Part shown: positions 14,562-26,409 of the stretch, piece by piece
How positions within the stretch are numbered: the first letter of the stretch is position 1
Layout: each line of letters opens with the position of its first letter
Source: Octopus sinensis
Taxonomy: Eukaryota
DNA: 64,000 nt
Reading direction: 5' to 3'
Assembly (NCBI RefSeq): GCF_006345805.1
Contig: NC_043001.1
Location: 43,400,001 to 43,464,000, forward strand
The notes under the pieces: model-generated
The model's database searches: none
Seen by the model: only the letters and a program-made list of their open reading frames with translations
What the model was told of the DNA's origin: nothing
Program-made: the position numbers and the translations under genes

Positions 14562-17519
14562 TTAGTGTAAATGTGGTACCAATGCTTTTCATACAGAATT
14601 TTAGAAATTTCCAGTCATTATTCAACTGTAGATAGGATAACATTGACATGGCAGCCATAGATGGCAGGTGAGATTTTGTATAGGACCAAATGGTACAGAC
14701 AAAGGGTTAATTAAATAGGTAATGGGAGGTAGTCATATTGGGATTATAATAATTGTGTTGGGTTCAGTCCCACTGTATGGCACCTTGGGGCAGTGTCTCC
14801 ACTATAGCCTCAGGTCAACCAAAGCCTTGTGAGTGAATTGAGATGGAAACTGACAGAAGGCTGTAATTTCTCTCTCTTTCTCTCTCTATATATATACACA
14901 CATATACAGGTATGAAAAAAATGTGACTTTCGGAAACATTTTTTCACACTAAGAGTTGCTGAAGCATGGAACAGACTACCGGCATCAGTTGTTAGTTGTT
15001 GGAGCACTGCATCCTTCAAAACTTCCATGCTTCCTGAGATTCGCCAACACTACACCTGATTTTCTCCCCTCCATACACAAGCAAGCATGTATCTGACTCA
15101 TACATTGTTCGCTTTCCAGACATTTCCACATTACTGCATGTACTTTATATGCACTTTTTGACAAGTTGTGGTGCACATGAACACTGTATACAATAATTTC
15201 ATCATCATTATTATTATTATTATTATTATATGCTGGTGCAAGCCAGAAGGAAATATATTTATTTATCAACAGCTATATAAACTCACAGGCCTTCAACCAG
15301 TGACTAGTTTGATAAGTGCTAATGCACAAAACTCTTGGATCTTGAGTTACTCTGTTACGTCTGCTGAAAACATGGGAACTTAAATCCTGCCCCATGAAAA
15401 TCTGATTGATAAACAGCAAAGTCTCATGTGTATATAATGTAACAGTAATGTTTTCAGGTAAATGAAAAATTGTAGAGCAATACGAGTAAAAAAAAATGAG
15501 AAGATAGATGGAAGAGAAAGTATTTTAGCGGAAATAAATTTTGTTTCTTCTTAATGTTGTTAATGTAAATATGGCAAATTATAAATCTCATGAAAAATTT
15601 GAGTGAAGACCAATTTTGCATATGCATATGTGTCTAAGGCTGAAGAGAAACAATTTTGTAATAGTTACACTTTCAGTCAAATAAAAAGAAAATGCGTTTG
15701 CATCAACACACACACACACACATGTATTGCAAAATAATTGCAATAATAATCAGATTTCAAAGTTGTAGAGTATCATAGTATTATTTCTCTTACCTGTACT
15801 ACTGATGCAGATTACTTGCATTGGGAAATAAATAAAATTAGGATTAGATGTGTGAGGCATTTGATTCTGATAGGAATTTGGAAGTTGTTCCATGTAAGGC
15901 ATCTCCATGGTAATTTTACTATTGTAGCACTCAGTTGTCACTTTAAAACTGGGGTCAGAAATGGGAAGTTTTTGACAGCCATTTGACTGGGAATTTAATG
16001 CTGAACATGCTTCAGGATGAACAGGGGAAGGAATAGTGCTGTCATCAGAAGGAAATTTAATATCCAGACATTCATATACAGCTTTCAACTCTTCTAAATT
16101 TTCAGTCACATATGATGATATATTACAATTTTCAGAGTTGTTTACAGTGATTTTCTCCTTTTCAGGATGTGTTTTCTTTCTTTTTTCTGAAGTAATTTGT
16201 GATGGATCATGGCATAAAATCATATGAGTGCTTTTGATACTACTACTAGAAGTATAACTAGTTTTGAAATTATCGCTATCATTACATCTACAACCATCAT
16301 CAAATGGTCGTTTGCAAGGTGTCAGACCGTTGTTATTATCTTTAGAGATTTCAGGAGTTTGCAGATGCTTTAGTCCACGAGAATTCCAAAAAGGTTGTGA
16401 AAGTGAAAATTTATCAGAAAACTCATTGTCTTTTGTGACATTATAATCATCATCATCATCTTCATTGTTTCCATTATCATCAAGTGTAATTTCATTGAAA
16501 TCTTCTATATGCTTCCAAGGTTCATCTTCCACAATTTTCTTTCTGCTGCTTATTTTTAGGATATTCCCAAATTGCTCTGTAAGATCACTAGTATCAGATT
16601 CTGTGACATTATAATCATCATCATCATCTTCATCGCTTCCATTATCATCAAGTGTAATTTCATTGAAATCTTCTATATGCTGCCAAGGTTCATCTTCCAC
16701 AATTTTTTTTCTGCTGCTTATTTTTAGGATATTTCCAAATTGTTCTGCAAGATCACTAGTATCGGATTCTGTTGAGTTTACTGACAAAGAGCTTAAGGAA
16801 GAATAATCCTCAAAGGCGGAGTCTTGAGAAAAAGAGTCCTGAGAACAAGGGATATCTATAATTTCTTTTGACAAGAAACAATTATTATTTATACAAGAAG
16901 ACAGAATCGCAATGTCAGAAACCTTTTGTTTTTCACTAGATTTGTTGGAAAGGACAACTGATTTTTCATCATTCTCATCAGTAGGAAACACTGTCTTTGG
17001 TTGATAGCATTCCTCCTTACTATTATCTGTGACACAAAAATCCATGTTTGGTGTTTTGATATTATTTTGAAGTAGTTCAGTTTTATTTCTGGAACCTTCT
17101 TTCATGTCTGATACACATTTTTCATGTGACGATGAAATTTGGTGTAGTTTATTTTGGAAAATGTGATTTGGAGGGTATGATTTCATTGTAGGTATTTCAT
17201 TGTCTAAATTGGAATTTTTACATACTTGTGAATTTAATTCCTGGTCCAAAATGTTATTTTGATGTATGTAGGACTTCAGTTTTGTTACATTGATACCAGA
17301 AGTTCCATTTTGGAATAATTGAGATTTAGATGATACTGTATCAGCAATATTTAATGTTAATTCTTTAAATTCATCACCATACTGGTTAAACTGGTTACAC
17401 ATGTAATCATCTGAGTCTAAGTCTACCTCAATATATATCATTTTGTTGGAAGACAAATAACTGGAAGATTTGGTATCTTCTTCAATCATGCTTGACATTT
17501 TCTCAGAAAGGCGAACCAT
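46..17519 (-). CDS. Atypical (nuclear) IkappaB-like ankyrin-repeat protein, Bcl-3/IkappaB-zeta-like, about 849 aa, 8 coding exons
   Basis: Hand-spliced join (minus): 17519-15794, 13106-13025, 8620-8503, 6637-6548, 5844-5718, 3611-3505, 1611-1362, 95-46 = 2550 nt. All introns are GT-AG and phases match (1,2,0,0,1,0,1). Motifs [50 protein letters not shown] and [15 protein letters not shown] follow the Bcl-3/IkappaB-zeta ankyrin pattern. Orthology not established. Confidence 0.8.
1362..1611 (-). CDS. IkappaB-like gene exon, last ankyrin-like repeats ([14 protein letters not shown]...KGETCLTLV...RELQ)
   Basis: ctttttccag| acceptor inside ORF 1354..1725; CAAG|GTAAAT donor; 250 nt, phase 0->1. 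Confidence 0.85.
1977..2208 (-). mobile_element. tRNA-derived SINE (family A, GGCGG(C/T)GAGCTGGCAGAA head)
   Basis: Closely similar plus-strand copies at 62226-62450 and 63788-64000; insertion flanked by a 21-bp direct repeat. Confidence 0.85.
3505..3611 (-). CDS. IkappaB-like gene exon, ankyrin repeat ([36 protein letters not shown])
   Basis: tacttacag| acceptor, AAG|GTACAG donor, 107 nt, phase 1->0. Confidence 0.88.
4145..4765 (-). mobile_element. Mariner transposon 5' fragment
   Basis: [22 protein letters not shown].. mariner HTH start; frameshifted; one terminus near 4765. Confidence 0.7.
5276..5434. repeat. 33-bp minisatellite, about 4.8 copies, inside a SINE
   Basis: Unit GCAGGCAATACTTGTCCAAGATGCCACACAGAT head-to-tail with no spacers. 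Confidence 0.9.
5718..5844 (-). CDS. IkappaB-like gene exon, ankyrin repeat ([42 protein letters not shown])
   Basis: tttttttcag| acceptor, G|GTAATG donor, 127 nt, phase 0->1. Confidence 0.88.
6548..6637 (-). CDS. IkappaB-like gene exon, ankyrin repeat ([30 protein letters not shown])
   Basis: tgtttcag| acceptor, |GTAAAA donor, 90 nt, phase 0->0, canonical ankyrin repeat. Confidence 0.9.
8503..8620 (-). CDS. IkappaB-like gene exon, ankyrin repeat ([22 protein letters not shown]...KNDYQQ)
   Basis: ttattacag| acceptor, CAG|GTAAAT donor, 118 nt, phase 2->0, ankyrin consensus. Confidence 0.88.
10100..11080 (-). mobile_element. Decayed RTE-clade LINE fragment
   Basis: Reverse strand gives RT-like pieces (QFGFVP, YADDL); same family as 19700-20350 and 55790-56160. 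Confidence 0.65.
13025..13106 (-). CDS. IkappaB-like gene exon ([28 protein letters not shown])
   Basis: tttgttcag| acceptor, |GTAAGT donor, 82 nt, phase 1->2, linking the large exon to the first ankyrin exon in frame. Confidence 0.8.
13900..14405 (+). mobile_element. Non-autonomous Helitron
   Basis: 5' TC after A, 3' hairpin CCCGAGCAATGCCGGG then CTAG followed by T; CpG-rich, so probably young. Confidence 0.8.
14910..15225 (+). mobile_element. CR1-like LINE 3' end with (ATT)n tail
   Basis: [20 protein letters not shown]-terminal motif; same family as 48150-48570. Confidence 0.75.
15794..17519 (-). CDS. IkappaB-like gene, first coding exon (long Ser/Asp/Asn-rich N-terminal region)
   Basis: 589-aa ORF in the track; donor ACAG|GTAAGA at 15794/15793 (phase 1); in-frame TAA just upstream of the ATG; candidate acceptors give exon starts at 17521 or 17832. 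Confidence 0.85.
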
Positions 17520-18332
17520 TTCTACAAATTAACATTTGAGAGAAATTGGAAAAGGCAATATCGCTTTCAGCTAAAACTTTTGAAATGTTCAGAAAACATC
17601 TAGAAATCTCATTGATAACATTTTAAAACAGAAAGCTGATATTTCTTGTAGCTATGGAATGGTATTTTATACCAAGTGGATTTTTTTGCATCACTGTCCA
17701 ACATCTTTAAGATAGTACATCTGAAGAATGTGGCTAATTTTAAGTACTTAAATCTTTCCCACCCAGAAAATAAAAATCCTTTCCCAGTACAGGGAATCAG
17801 CCTGGGAATATTTTGCTTTCATTGGTAAATATCTAAAATAGAAATATAAAAAAAAAAATCAATGATTTTAGCATTTAATTAATAATGAAACCAAAGGTGT
17901 AAATGCAATAACAGTAGTGGGTAAGGTTATGTCCAATGATCAACTAATAAACTAGATGTATAAATCTAATGCAATGTCCTAGAGACAATCATAAAAGGTT
18001 CATTAATTAATTTTATATTTTAAGTGAATGACTGAAATAATAAAGGTTAGAATAAACAGCAGATGGATTTTGAATTCATACCTTGCTAAAAGTGTCATTG
18101 TATCCTTGGGCAAATACCTAATTCTACTTATCTAAGAACAAATTGAAAAGTAGATCTCAACTTCTTAAAGTAATAATACATAGCATTAAGCATTGAGGCT
18201 ACAGAAGTATGTAGTTAGTGGAAGGGACTTAACTTTCTGTTATTTCTGTCTTTTTGCAAGTTGAATGTTCTTGCATTTTCTGTACTCACTCACAATCACT
18301 CATGTTTACTTCATCATTCCAGTTTGGATTAA

Positions 18333-18546
18333 CCCTTTCGTTACTGTATTTATTTTGGGATGCACTGTGTTTCTTTCAATTACTTTAGATATAACAAAGA
18401 CTTTAGTAAAATAACTTACCTATCATTAAGCTGGCGTTAGGAACATAAATTGTGACTAAGGTTTGGTGGAAGATTTTAATTCAAAACTTATAAAAACAAG
18501 ACATTTGTACTCAGAGCCAGTTTCAGCTGGGTTGATAACGAAAGGG
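18333..18546. mobile_element. piggyBac-type MITE; other copies 26478-26698 and 49742-49961
   Basis: CCCTTTCGTTA...TAACGAAAGGG TIRs, TTAA on both sides, internal sequence shared among the three copies. Confidence 0.85.
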
Positions 18547-19335
18547 TTAAATAAGTATATGAATTGAACAGTTCATGAATTTTGACAATCCCAATACAAG
18601 ATCCCTCAAAACTTACATTTGGATGGACAAGACAAATTTAAGTGATAATCTTAGAAAATAGATTTTAAAAATGCACAATAAATCGCACTTGAACAGTAAT
18701 AAAGTACTACAATACACTAGCAATGCAAGCATTCAAGATGATAAACCAGTAATATGAAACACATGAATATAATAAACAGATAATTATTATTACTATTCTA
18801 GACATCAGCTTCAACACTTCCACATATTCCCAAATACTATTATTGAGGACTCAATCTACAGAAGACATCTTAGTACACAAATAAAGTTAAAACAAAAGAA
18901 TCACAACAATGTACCCATTCACCAAAGTTAACTAATTAAAATAACATGGGGCAATGACCTTGATTGCTTACTTTCACTAGACTGTTGAAAGGCAATAGAA
19001 AATTTTTAAATCTCAAAAACAAAATGACAAATATACACCTATGATATTTAAGGATTGAATGAATTATTGCAATAACAACTCAGATAGCCACAGATCCTGT
19101 AATTTATGCATCACTGAGACTTGCCACACCCACTTCTCTAAAGACTCCTATTAAACATTTTGAAAGAGTCACTTTATGACTACACAAGACCTTCGAGGTT
19201 TATTGATGCTTCAACCAATGTCATAGCCTCCAGTACCCTCTAAGACAATTATTGCTAAAAATTATGCCTTAATCATTCTTTGACCCCATTCTCTGTTACA
19301 AACAAATGATTTTCCAAAAATTAATTTATAACATA

Positions 19336-19497
19336 GGCGTAGGAGTGGTTGTGTGGTAAGTAGCTTGCTTATGAACTACATGGTTTCGGGTTCAGTCCCA
19401 CTGCGTGGCACCTTGGGCAAGTGTATTTTACTATAGCCCCGGGCCAACCAAAGCCTTGTGAGTGGATTTGGTAGACGGAAACTGAAAGAAGCCCATC

Positions 19498-19500
<3 letters not shown>
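19336..19500 (+). mobile_element. tRNA-derived SINE family B (microsatellite-containing); other copies about 2880-3310(-), 5213-5470(-), 7000-7436(+), 14755-14865(+), 26185-26410(-), 30535-30915(-), 58490-58660(-)
   Basis: Recurrent GGTTCAGTCCCACTGCGTGGCACCTTGGGCAAGTG..GTAGACGGAAACTGAAAGAAGCCC block followed by (TA)n/(TG)n. Confidence 0.8.
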
Positions 19501-19573
<73 letters not shown>

Positions 19574-19699
19574 CTGGTTTTTGCATGGTATCTACGGCTG
19601 GATGCCTTTCGGAACATCAACTCCTTTATAGAGCGTACTGGATACTTCTTATGTGGTACCAGCAGCAGTGTGGTCATCAAGTAACTTGCAAGACAAGAA

Positions 19700-20350
19700 G
19701 AGTTTAAGACTGCTTGTCTGTAGGAAATTCCTTATGTTAATGACCTTGTTCTTGCAGCTGAATATGTAGTAGAATTACAAAAGAAATTCCAGTATGGAAG
19801 TAAAACCCTGGAATCAAAGGACCTTTAAATTAAGTCATGAAATAGCTAGTGTGCAGAAAAACACAGGATGATCCTGTTCAACATATAGAAAAAGTGTGGG
19901 TAGAAATTCCATACAGTACAGTATATCCAGTGCAAACTTTGGACACATAAGATGTACCGTGGAACCACAGGAAGGTTCACATGGTAGTGAAACGTGGGCC
20001 GTGAATGTAGAGGACATATAAAGACTAGAAAGAAATGAAGCTGGCATGCTTCACTGCATATGCAATGTCAGTGTGCAAGTAAGACAAAGTGAAATTTTGA
20101 TAGAAAAATTGGGTAAAAGAGGTGTCAAGTATAAGAGAGAAGACTGCACTGGTATGGTCATGTAAAGCAGATGGGTGAGGACAGCTGCATAAAAAAGTGC
20201 CAAGAGCTAAATGTGAATGGAACCTGTGGGAAGAAGAAACCCAGGGAGATTTGGAAAGAAGTGGTGCAGACCAACCTTAAGATGTTGAGATTCATGGAAG
20301 AGATGACTAAGGACCAAGATTACTGGTAATATGCTGTGCTCAAGGCCCAT
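19700..20350 (+). mobile_element. Decayed RTE-clade LINE 3' fragment
   Basis: HGSETWAVNVEDI.RLERNEAGML and RLHWYGHV motifs with indels. Confidence 0.7.
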
Positions 20351-21252
20351 CCACCTAAGCAAAAATGAGGACCTAAAAGTAAATTGTTTATGTCTATGCC
20401 TCCATACATAATCTATCCCTGTCAATTCTTCCCCCACAACTCATCTTCCTTATGCTTTCCTCTCCATTACTCTTCTTACTATGGCACAACTCACTCAGGT
20501 ACTTACAAAATTATTTCTAAATATCAAATGGCTAGGAGTAAAATAGAAGTCAAAGGGATCCATAGGTGAAAAATGGTTGAGAAACCTTCTTCTACATCCT
20601 CTTCCTTTAGTATTTACTTATAACTCCTCCTTTACCTTCCTGTTTCCTTCCAAATGGATGTCAACATTGACCACGCTTCCACTCATCTTTCCTATTCATT
20701 GCATTTACCCCTATCACCAACCATAAGTCACTCTCCTTTCACATTCTTGTGAACTTACCAACCCACTCACCCACCCTTTCTGATCACTTGTCCCTATTCT
20801 GTTAATCCTCTTCTACCTCGGAGGTAAGCCCTGGCACCGCATTATCACTATCTCTTTTATCTTTCCAACTGATGTAGCCATGTGTCTACTCTACAGCAAA
20901 GACACTTGTTTCTGTCCCTCTATTATACTTTAACCTCTCAACATTTGGCATAAAACTACTTCCCTCAATACTATACCCCAGCCAGTTAAGTGGTCTTGTT
21001 TAGTGGGTTATATGATGCCATGAAAAATAGCACTTAGTACATTCTAAAGTGGTTGGCATTAGAAAGAGCATGCAGCCAAAGCTGATATCAAAACTCAACA
21101 CAGTTCTCTGGCTTGTCAGATGCTGTTGAACTATCCAAGTCATTCCAGCATGGGGGAAATGGATGTTAAATGATGATTATATTATGCACACACACACACA
21201 CACACACGTGTTTGCATATTACACTAATTTTTAAAGCATTTCTTTTCAGGTA

Positions 21253-21289
<37 letters not shown>

Positions 21290-21569
21290 ACATATAAATT
21301 CTGATATTTGTTTTCATTTGTGCCAGCACTGTAGCCTGTTGTGAAAGGGTTCTGTTACTGAAGTGATTATTGTTCATATAACTGAAGTGACTATTGTTCA
21401 TATATTGTTCATATAATAGTTTGTACAGTGTGATCATTAAGTGGTCACAATGTTATCTCAATATGGTGAGATAACAGTTTTGGGTAGAGTGTAAAGTTTA
21501 TTATGCATACAGAGGAAGGTGGGGAGTGCAACTTAAATTTAAGCCCATGTCTGCTTTCCCTTGTTGCTT

Positions 21570-22827
21570 AATATAAAGATTGAGTCCCGTTAACGAAAAA
21601 AAAAAAACCCAGCCTGCTAGGTGTTAAAAACTGTGTAGAAAACGAATATGAAAAAAAAAATTGAGCCAACGAACATGGTAGGGGTGGGGAGGACTTTCGG
21701 AAAATTCCCAAGATCCAATTTTTCCTTCATAACTTCGAGGAAAATTGATATATATTGATGAAATTTTATAGAAATACAGTTCAAATGGTACAAACTACGA
21801 TTATAAAGACACTTCGATTTAAAATTACGATTATAAAGACATAGGTATTGAACCAGTGACTAAACTTGTAGTATTTTGTTGGGATTACCCCACTGAATTA
21901 TCAGTTAGGTAATTGTTTTTATCAGAATCGTTTACCTTTAAAGAGAAAAAAAAAAACCCCGACGTATACGACAGGTATGTAAAATATATTTTGTGTACTT
22001 CTTCCTCTGTTCATTTGGATAAGCTGTAGAAATTGTTGCACGCATGCACAAACACAAAAATTCTCCAAACATTTAGCTGTTATTTTTAGCATATCGAATT
22101 TCGTGGTGAGGGTTTCACATGCCGTGATCCTTTTGCAGTTTCACTATAAATCTACGAATGCGGAAACTGACAAAACAGCAGTTCATTTTCACGTTTAGAC
22201 CGCTGGATGGGGTGACGAGGGAAATGTTGATCAATTTTGGAGTTTTTCATAAATTTGAAATTAAAATGTTTTCCCCAACCCCATATTCTTAATCTCCGTA
22301 TTTTTTTCATGTAGTTTGAAAAAAAAATTCGAAAAAAGTTTAACATTAAAAATTTGGGGGTGGGGTTGAATTAAAATTTTTGAAAACTTGGTTTTTGCAT
22401 TTTCGGAATCTCCGTCATCGAAAACATAGGAATCCGGTAAAAGAAAAGAAAAAAAAAAACGTTTTGGTGACCGGGGGCTAAACTAGTTTCTGAAAGTTAT
22501 GATGGGGAAAAAGAACGGATCGTGTGAACTTCCGACAGTCCTCTTCCCACCCTTTCGGAAAACATTTTCCCCAGAAATGTCTTTATAATCGTAATTTGTG
22601 CCATTTGAACGGTATTTCTATAAAATTTCACCAATATATATCCATTTTCTTGAAAGTTACAAGGGGAAAAAAAAACGGAACGTATGAATTTTCCGAAAGT
22701 CCTCTCCCTACCACCACTTGCGTTTGCGCAATTTTTTTTTTTTATCATATTCGTTTTCTACAGTTTTTAACACCCAGTAGGCTGGGTTTTTCTTTCGATT
22801 TCGTTAACAGGAGTCAATCTTTATATT
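21570..22827. repeat. About 245-bp diverged inverted repeats (fold-back, or two opposed copies of one repeat)
   Basis: 21570-21814 matches the reverse complement of about 22576-22827; related sequence at about 25240-25470 and 42040-42310. Confidence 0.7.
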
Positions 22828-24165
22828 GAAAGTTTACAAAAACTCTGAGGGAAGTAGTAGAATGCACTCGTTTCATGTTACGTAAAATTCAACAAGCTGT
22901 GTATAGTGCAAGGTGTAAAATGTTGAATATAAAATGTAAAATACCAAAGTGTTTCCTTCATTCTAGCAAGTTAGTTCTAAAGAATGGTATATCAGATGGC
23001 TGTGTCAGCACATCTGAATTGTATGTTATCCTGTAAACGTGGTGATGTCATTCTATTGCTCAATGAAATACATACAACTAGGGTTTATCTCCAGTGTTCC
23101 AATTGTAGCAATAATAATGAGGTTTATGTTGGGATATGTGCTATCAGGACTAATGCTAACTGGGGTTTCATCAACCCCGGCTGGGTCGCTAGGGTGAGGG
23201 TGTCTGATGTTGAAAGATCTGAAACGCCTAATGACCCCAGGAACCATCACTGAGAATGTATTCAAGTGCATCACAGGATGATGTATAAGAAAAACATGAC
23301 GCGTACAGGATTCTTTGTATCTAGCTATAAGAACAAGTGCGTTGCATTGGTAGGATGAGGTTATGGTAGCGTATATGGTATGGTCGGGTAGTGTTGGGTT
23401 GGAAGTGGAAGACGATGTGTTTGCAAAAGATCTATACCTAAACTCGTATGTGTATGTTCGCGCGCGCGTAATTTTGTCTCACCGCTCGACAAGTTTGCTG
23501 GTTTTCTTTACATCCTCGTAATTTACCGGTTTGACGAAAAAGAGATCGACGGATTATATTCAATACTTAAAAAATGAGCACTGGACTCGATTCAATCGAC
23601 ATAATTCCTGAAACAGGTAAAAAAAAGAATAATCAAAGAGTTGCAATATATGTGTATGTGTGTGTGTGTGCATATGTACATGTTATAAAATTTCACTTAT
23701 ATTTTCCTTCCCCTTTCTTTCTTTAAGACCTTAGAGTGCGATCTGATGGAGATTTGGTTGCAATTTCTGAGGGGTGGGGTGACTACGAAGGGGCTCTATC
23801 GCAGGACAAAACAAGTTAAATTTAGAATTTTTTATCGTTCTGAATTCAAACAACGTGCCAAGAGTGAAAAGACAAATAAAAATAAGAGTTTCTAACCTTT
23901 GCTGAAATAAATGTTTATCAAATTATTAAGGAATTGAAAAAAAAACAAACGAACAAAAAAAAAAAACACACACATGACAGAAGAACTTTAAATCAAGAAT
24001 TATTCAAATAACAATATAGCGAAAGAGGAAATTGAATTAAACGCGTCAATTACTTACATATTTTGCTCCTTTCTCAACAATGCCAAAAACAAAAATAAGG
24101 ATATATATATATATATGTGTGTGTGTGCATGTTTATATATATATGTATATATGTATGTATGTATG

Positions 24166-24238
<73 letters not shown>

Positions 24239-24420
24239 TGTGTGTTTATATATATATGTATGTATGTGTTTACATATATATATATATATATATATAGTGT
24301 GTGTGTTTATATATATATATGTATGTGTGTTTATATATATATATATATATATAACCGGCAGAAAGACTCAATGGCCTATATGTACGTGTATACACTTGAA
24401 CAGTTTTAAGTTGTTAGTAC

Positions 24421-24790
24421 CTTGCAGTATGTAAATATTGAATGCGAGTTATATTGAAATTTTTACGTCGAAACTCAAACTGGCTGTCCGAAATAAACAA
24501 ATTAAGGTTACAAGCAACACCATTGGTGGAAAAAAATATACGTCATCAAAAATTTTAACCTCGATAGGCTTCTCCTCCCATATAGAATAATACTCAGGCA
24601 TTGTACATGTGAATGTCACGTTTGGAATTCTCTCCTTCGTGTGAACTATTATTATGTCTGCATAACAAAAATAACAACAACAATAATAATCATATAACAT
24701 ACTTTGTAAACTCGCGCATGTTTGGACAAGTGATTTCAGTGATCGTATATTGAAATTAGAAAAAAACTTAGGGAATATCATGAATATTTG
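24421..24790 (-). promoter_or_regulatory. Possible promoter / first non-coding exon of the IkappaB-like gene
   Basis: Non-repetitive, locally CpG-richer segment; AAG|GTACTA donor at 24421; CCAAT (24522-24526), CRE-like TGACGTA (24539-24545), kappaB-like GAGAATTCCA (24623-24632). Short motifs only. Confidence 0.25.
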
Positions 24791-26409
24791 TGCTATTATA
24801 ATATAATGAAATTATTGTATACAGTGCTCAGGTGCACCACTTTGTTGTTGTTTACCTGCAAGTAGGCTTTGATGGTACAGATTTGTGATCAAGGACATTC
24901 CAGTCGTGACTGTCCCATCTTTTTCCTATGAGCAGGAACCCAACACCACGTTATCCAATATATAGTTTTCTAAGATAGTAAGATGTGATTTTTAAGAGAT
25001 TCGGCTGCCATTTCTAGCAAGTTGAGCCACCATGTATAGGATTCTTGTGCATTGTTGTTAGTCTGTTATATTTGGTTTGATTTTGTGATGATACCATATC
25101 TTACAAATGCTAACTTTCACAATCTCTATTGATCTCTCGTGACGACTTCACATATATAACAGATACCAAAAATGTTTCACAAAGATAAAAACCAACAAAT
25201 ACTTCAGCAGTAATTAGTTGCAAACCTGGTCATACTAAAGCGTTTGACCCGGTCATAAAAACAAACAAAAAAAAGTTTAATAGGTGTCAAACAACTTACT
25301 CTAAACGAATATGACAAAAAATGCGCACTCGCGAAAGGGTGGGGGTGGAGGAGAGGACTCGGAATATTCACATCTCCAGTTCACGGCCTTTAAACTATAG
25401 TGTTTGACCCGGGCCGGAAAAAAAAATAGTGTAATTGGTGAAAAACTACTTGTTCTAAACGATTATCAAGAACATACACACACACAAAGATAAATGGTTG
25501 GTTCACTGCAACATTTAAATCTCATTTCAATGTCGATATTTTTGTCGCTTTGAAACTGAGACTTGTTCACTGACAAAAGAGATGCAACATGAGCTTTTGT
25601 CAGGGGTTTGCCATGGTTTCAAAGAATAAAAATATTTAGACACAAACAAAATTTTAATTTTGCAGTGAAAGTAACAGCTTTTGTTGTTCTGGAATTGCTT
25701 ACAAACATCTTACACACTGCAAATTCTCTTAAATATTCAACCTTACTCTGCTCCTATTTACAAAACTTGCCACTCCTTTTCCTTTTTTTAATTCTTTATG
25801 CCGACAGTTTGTGTTATTAAATTCTCTTTAACATATATTTAAATTATTATGTTATAGAAATAATTATAACCTGTGCGTTGCACATTTCTTGGGTACAAAC
25901 AGCAAGTCCATTTCTTGGGTATAAAGAAGCAGTCCATGTTTTAGGTATAAACAACAAAATTACAACTTATTATCTTCAGACCTGGGTGAGGTTTGCACCA
26001 TCTCAATCAGGTATTTTTTATCATTGTCTCTCTTCTTCTCTAAAAATTATGCTCAATCCTTCCCTGAATTGTATCACTCTGGAGCTTCTTCTCTACTCAT
26101 GTCTTTATTGCACATGTTCACTTGCAATGACTCAAGAGGAGCATTAGAACACATTGAATGGTATAATCTTTGGTACACCACTCTCTTCTACTTGTTTCAG
26201 TCATTGGACTGCAGCCATGCTAGGGCTTTGCCTTGAAGGATTTTACTTAAACAAATCAAACCCAATGCTTATTTTTTTAAACTCTGGTACTTATTCTGTT
26301 GAACTTTTTTGCTGAACTGCTTAGTTGTCAAGTAGTGAGGGTGGGGTACAAAGACACACACACACACATACAACAGACTTCTACAGTTTCTATCTACCAA
26401 ATTCTCTCA

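Noticed and set aside
22830-23450. Unassigned segment with short ORFs on both strands
   Set aside because: No recognisable domain; a faint Penelope endonuclease resemblance is too weak to call.
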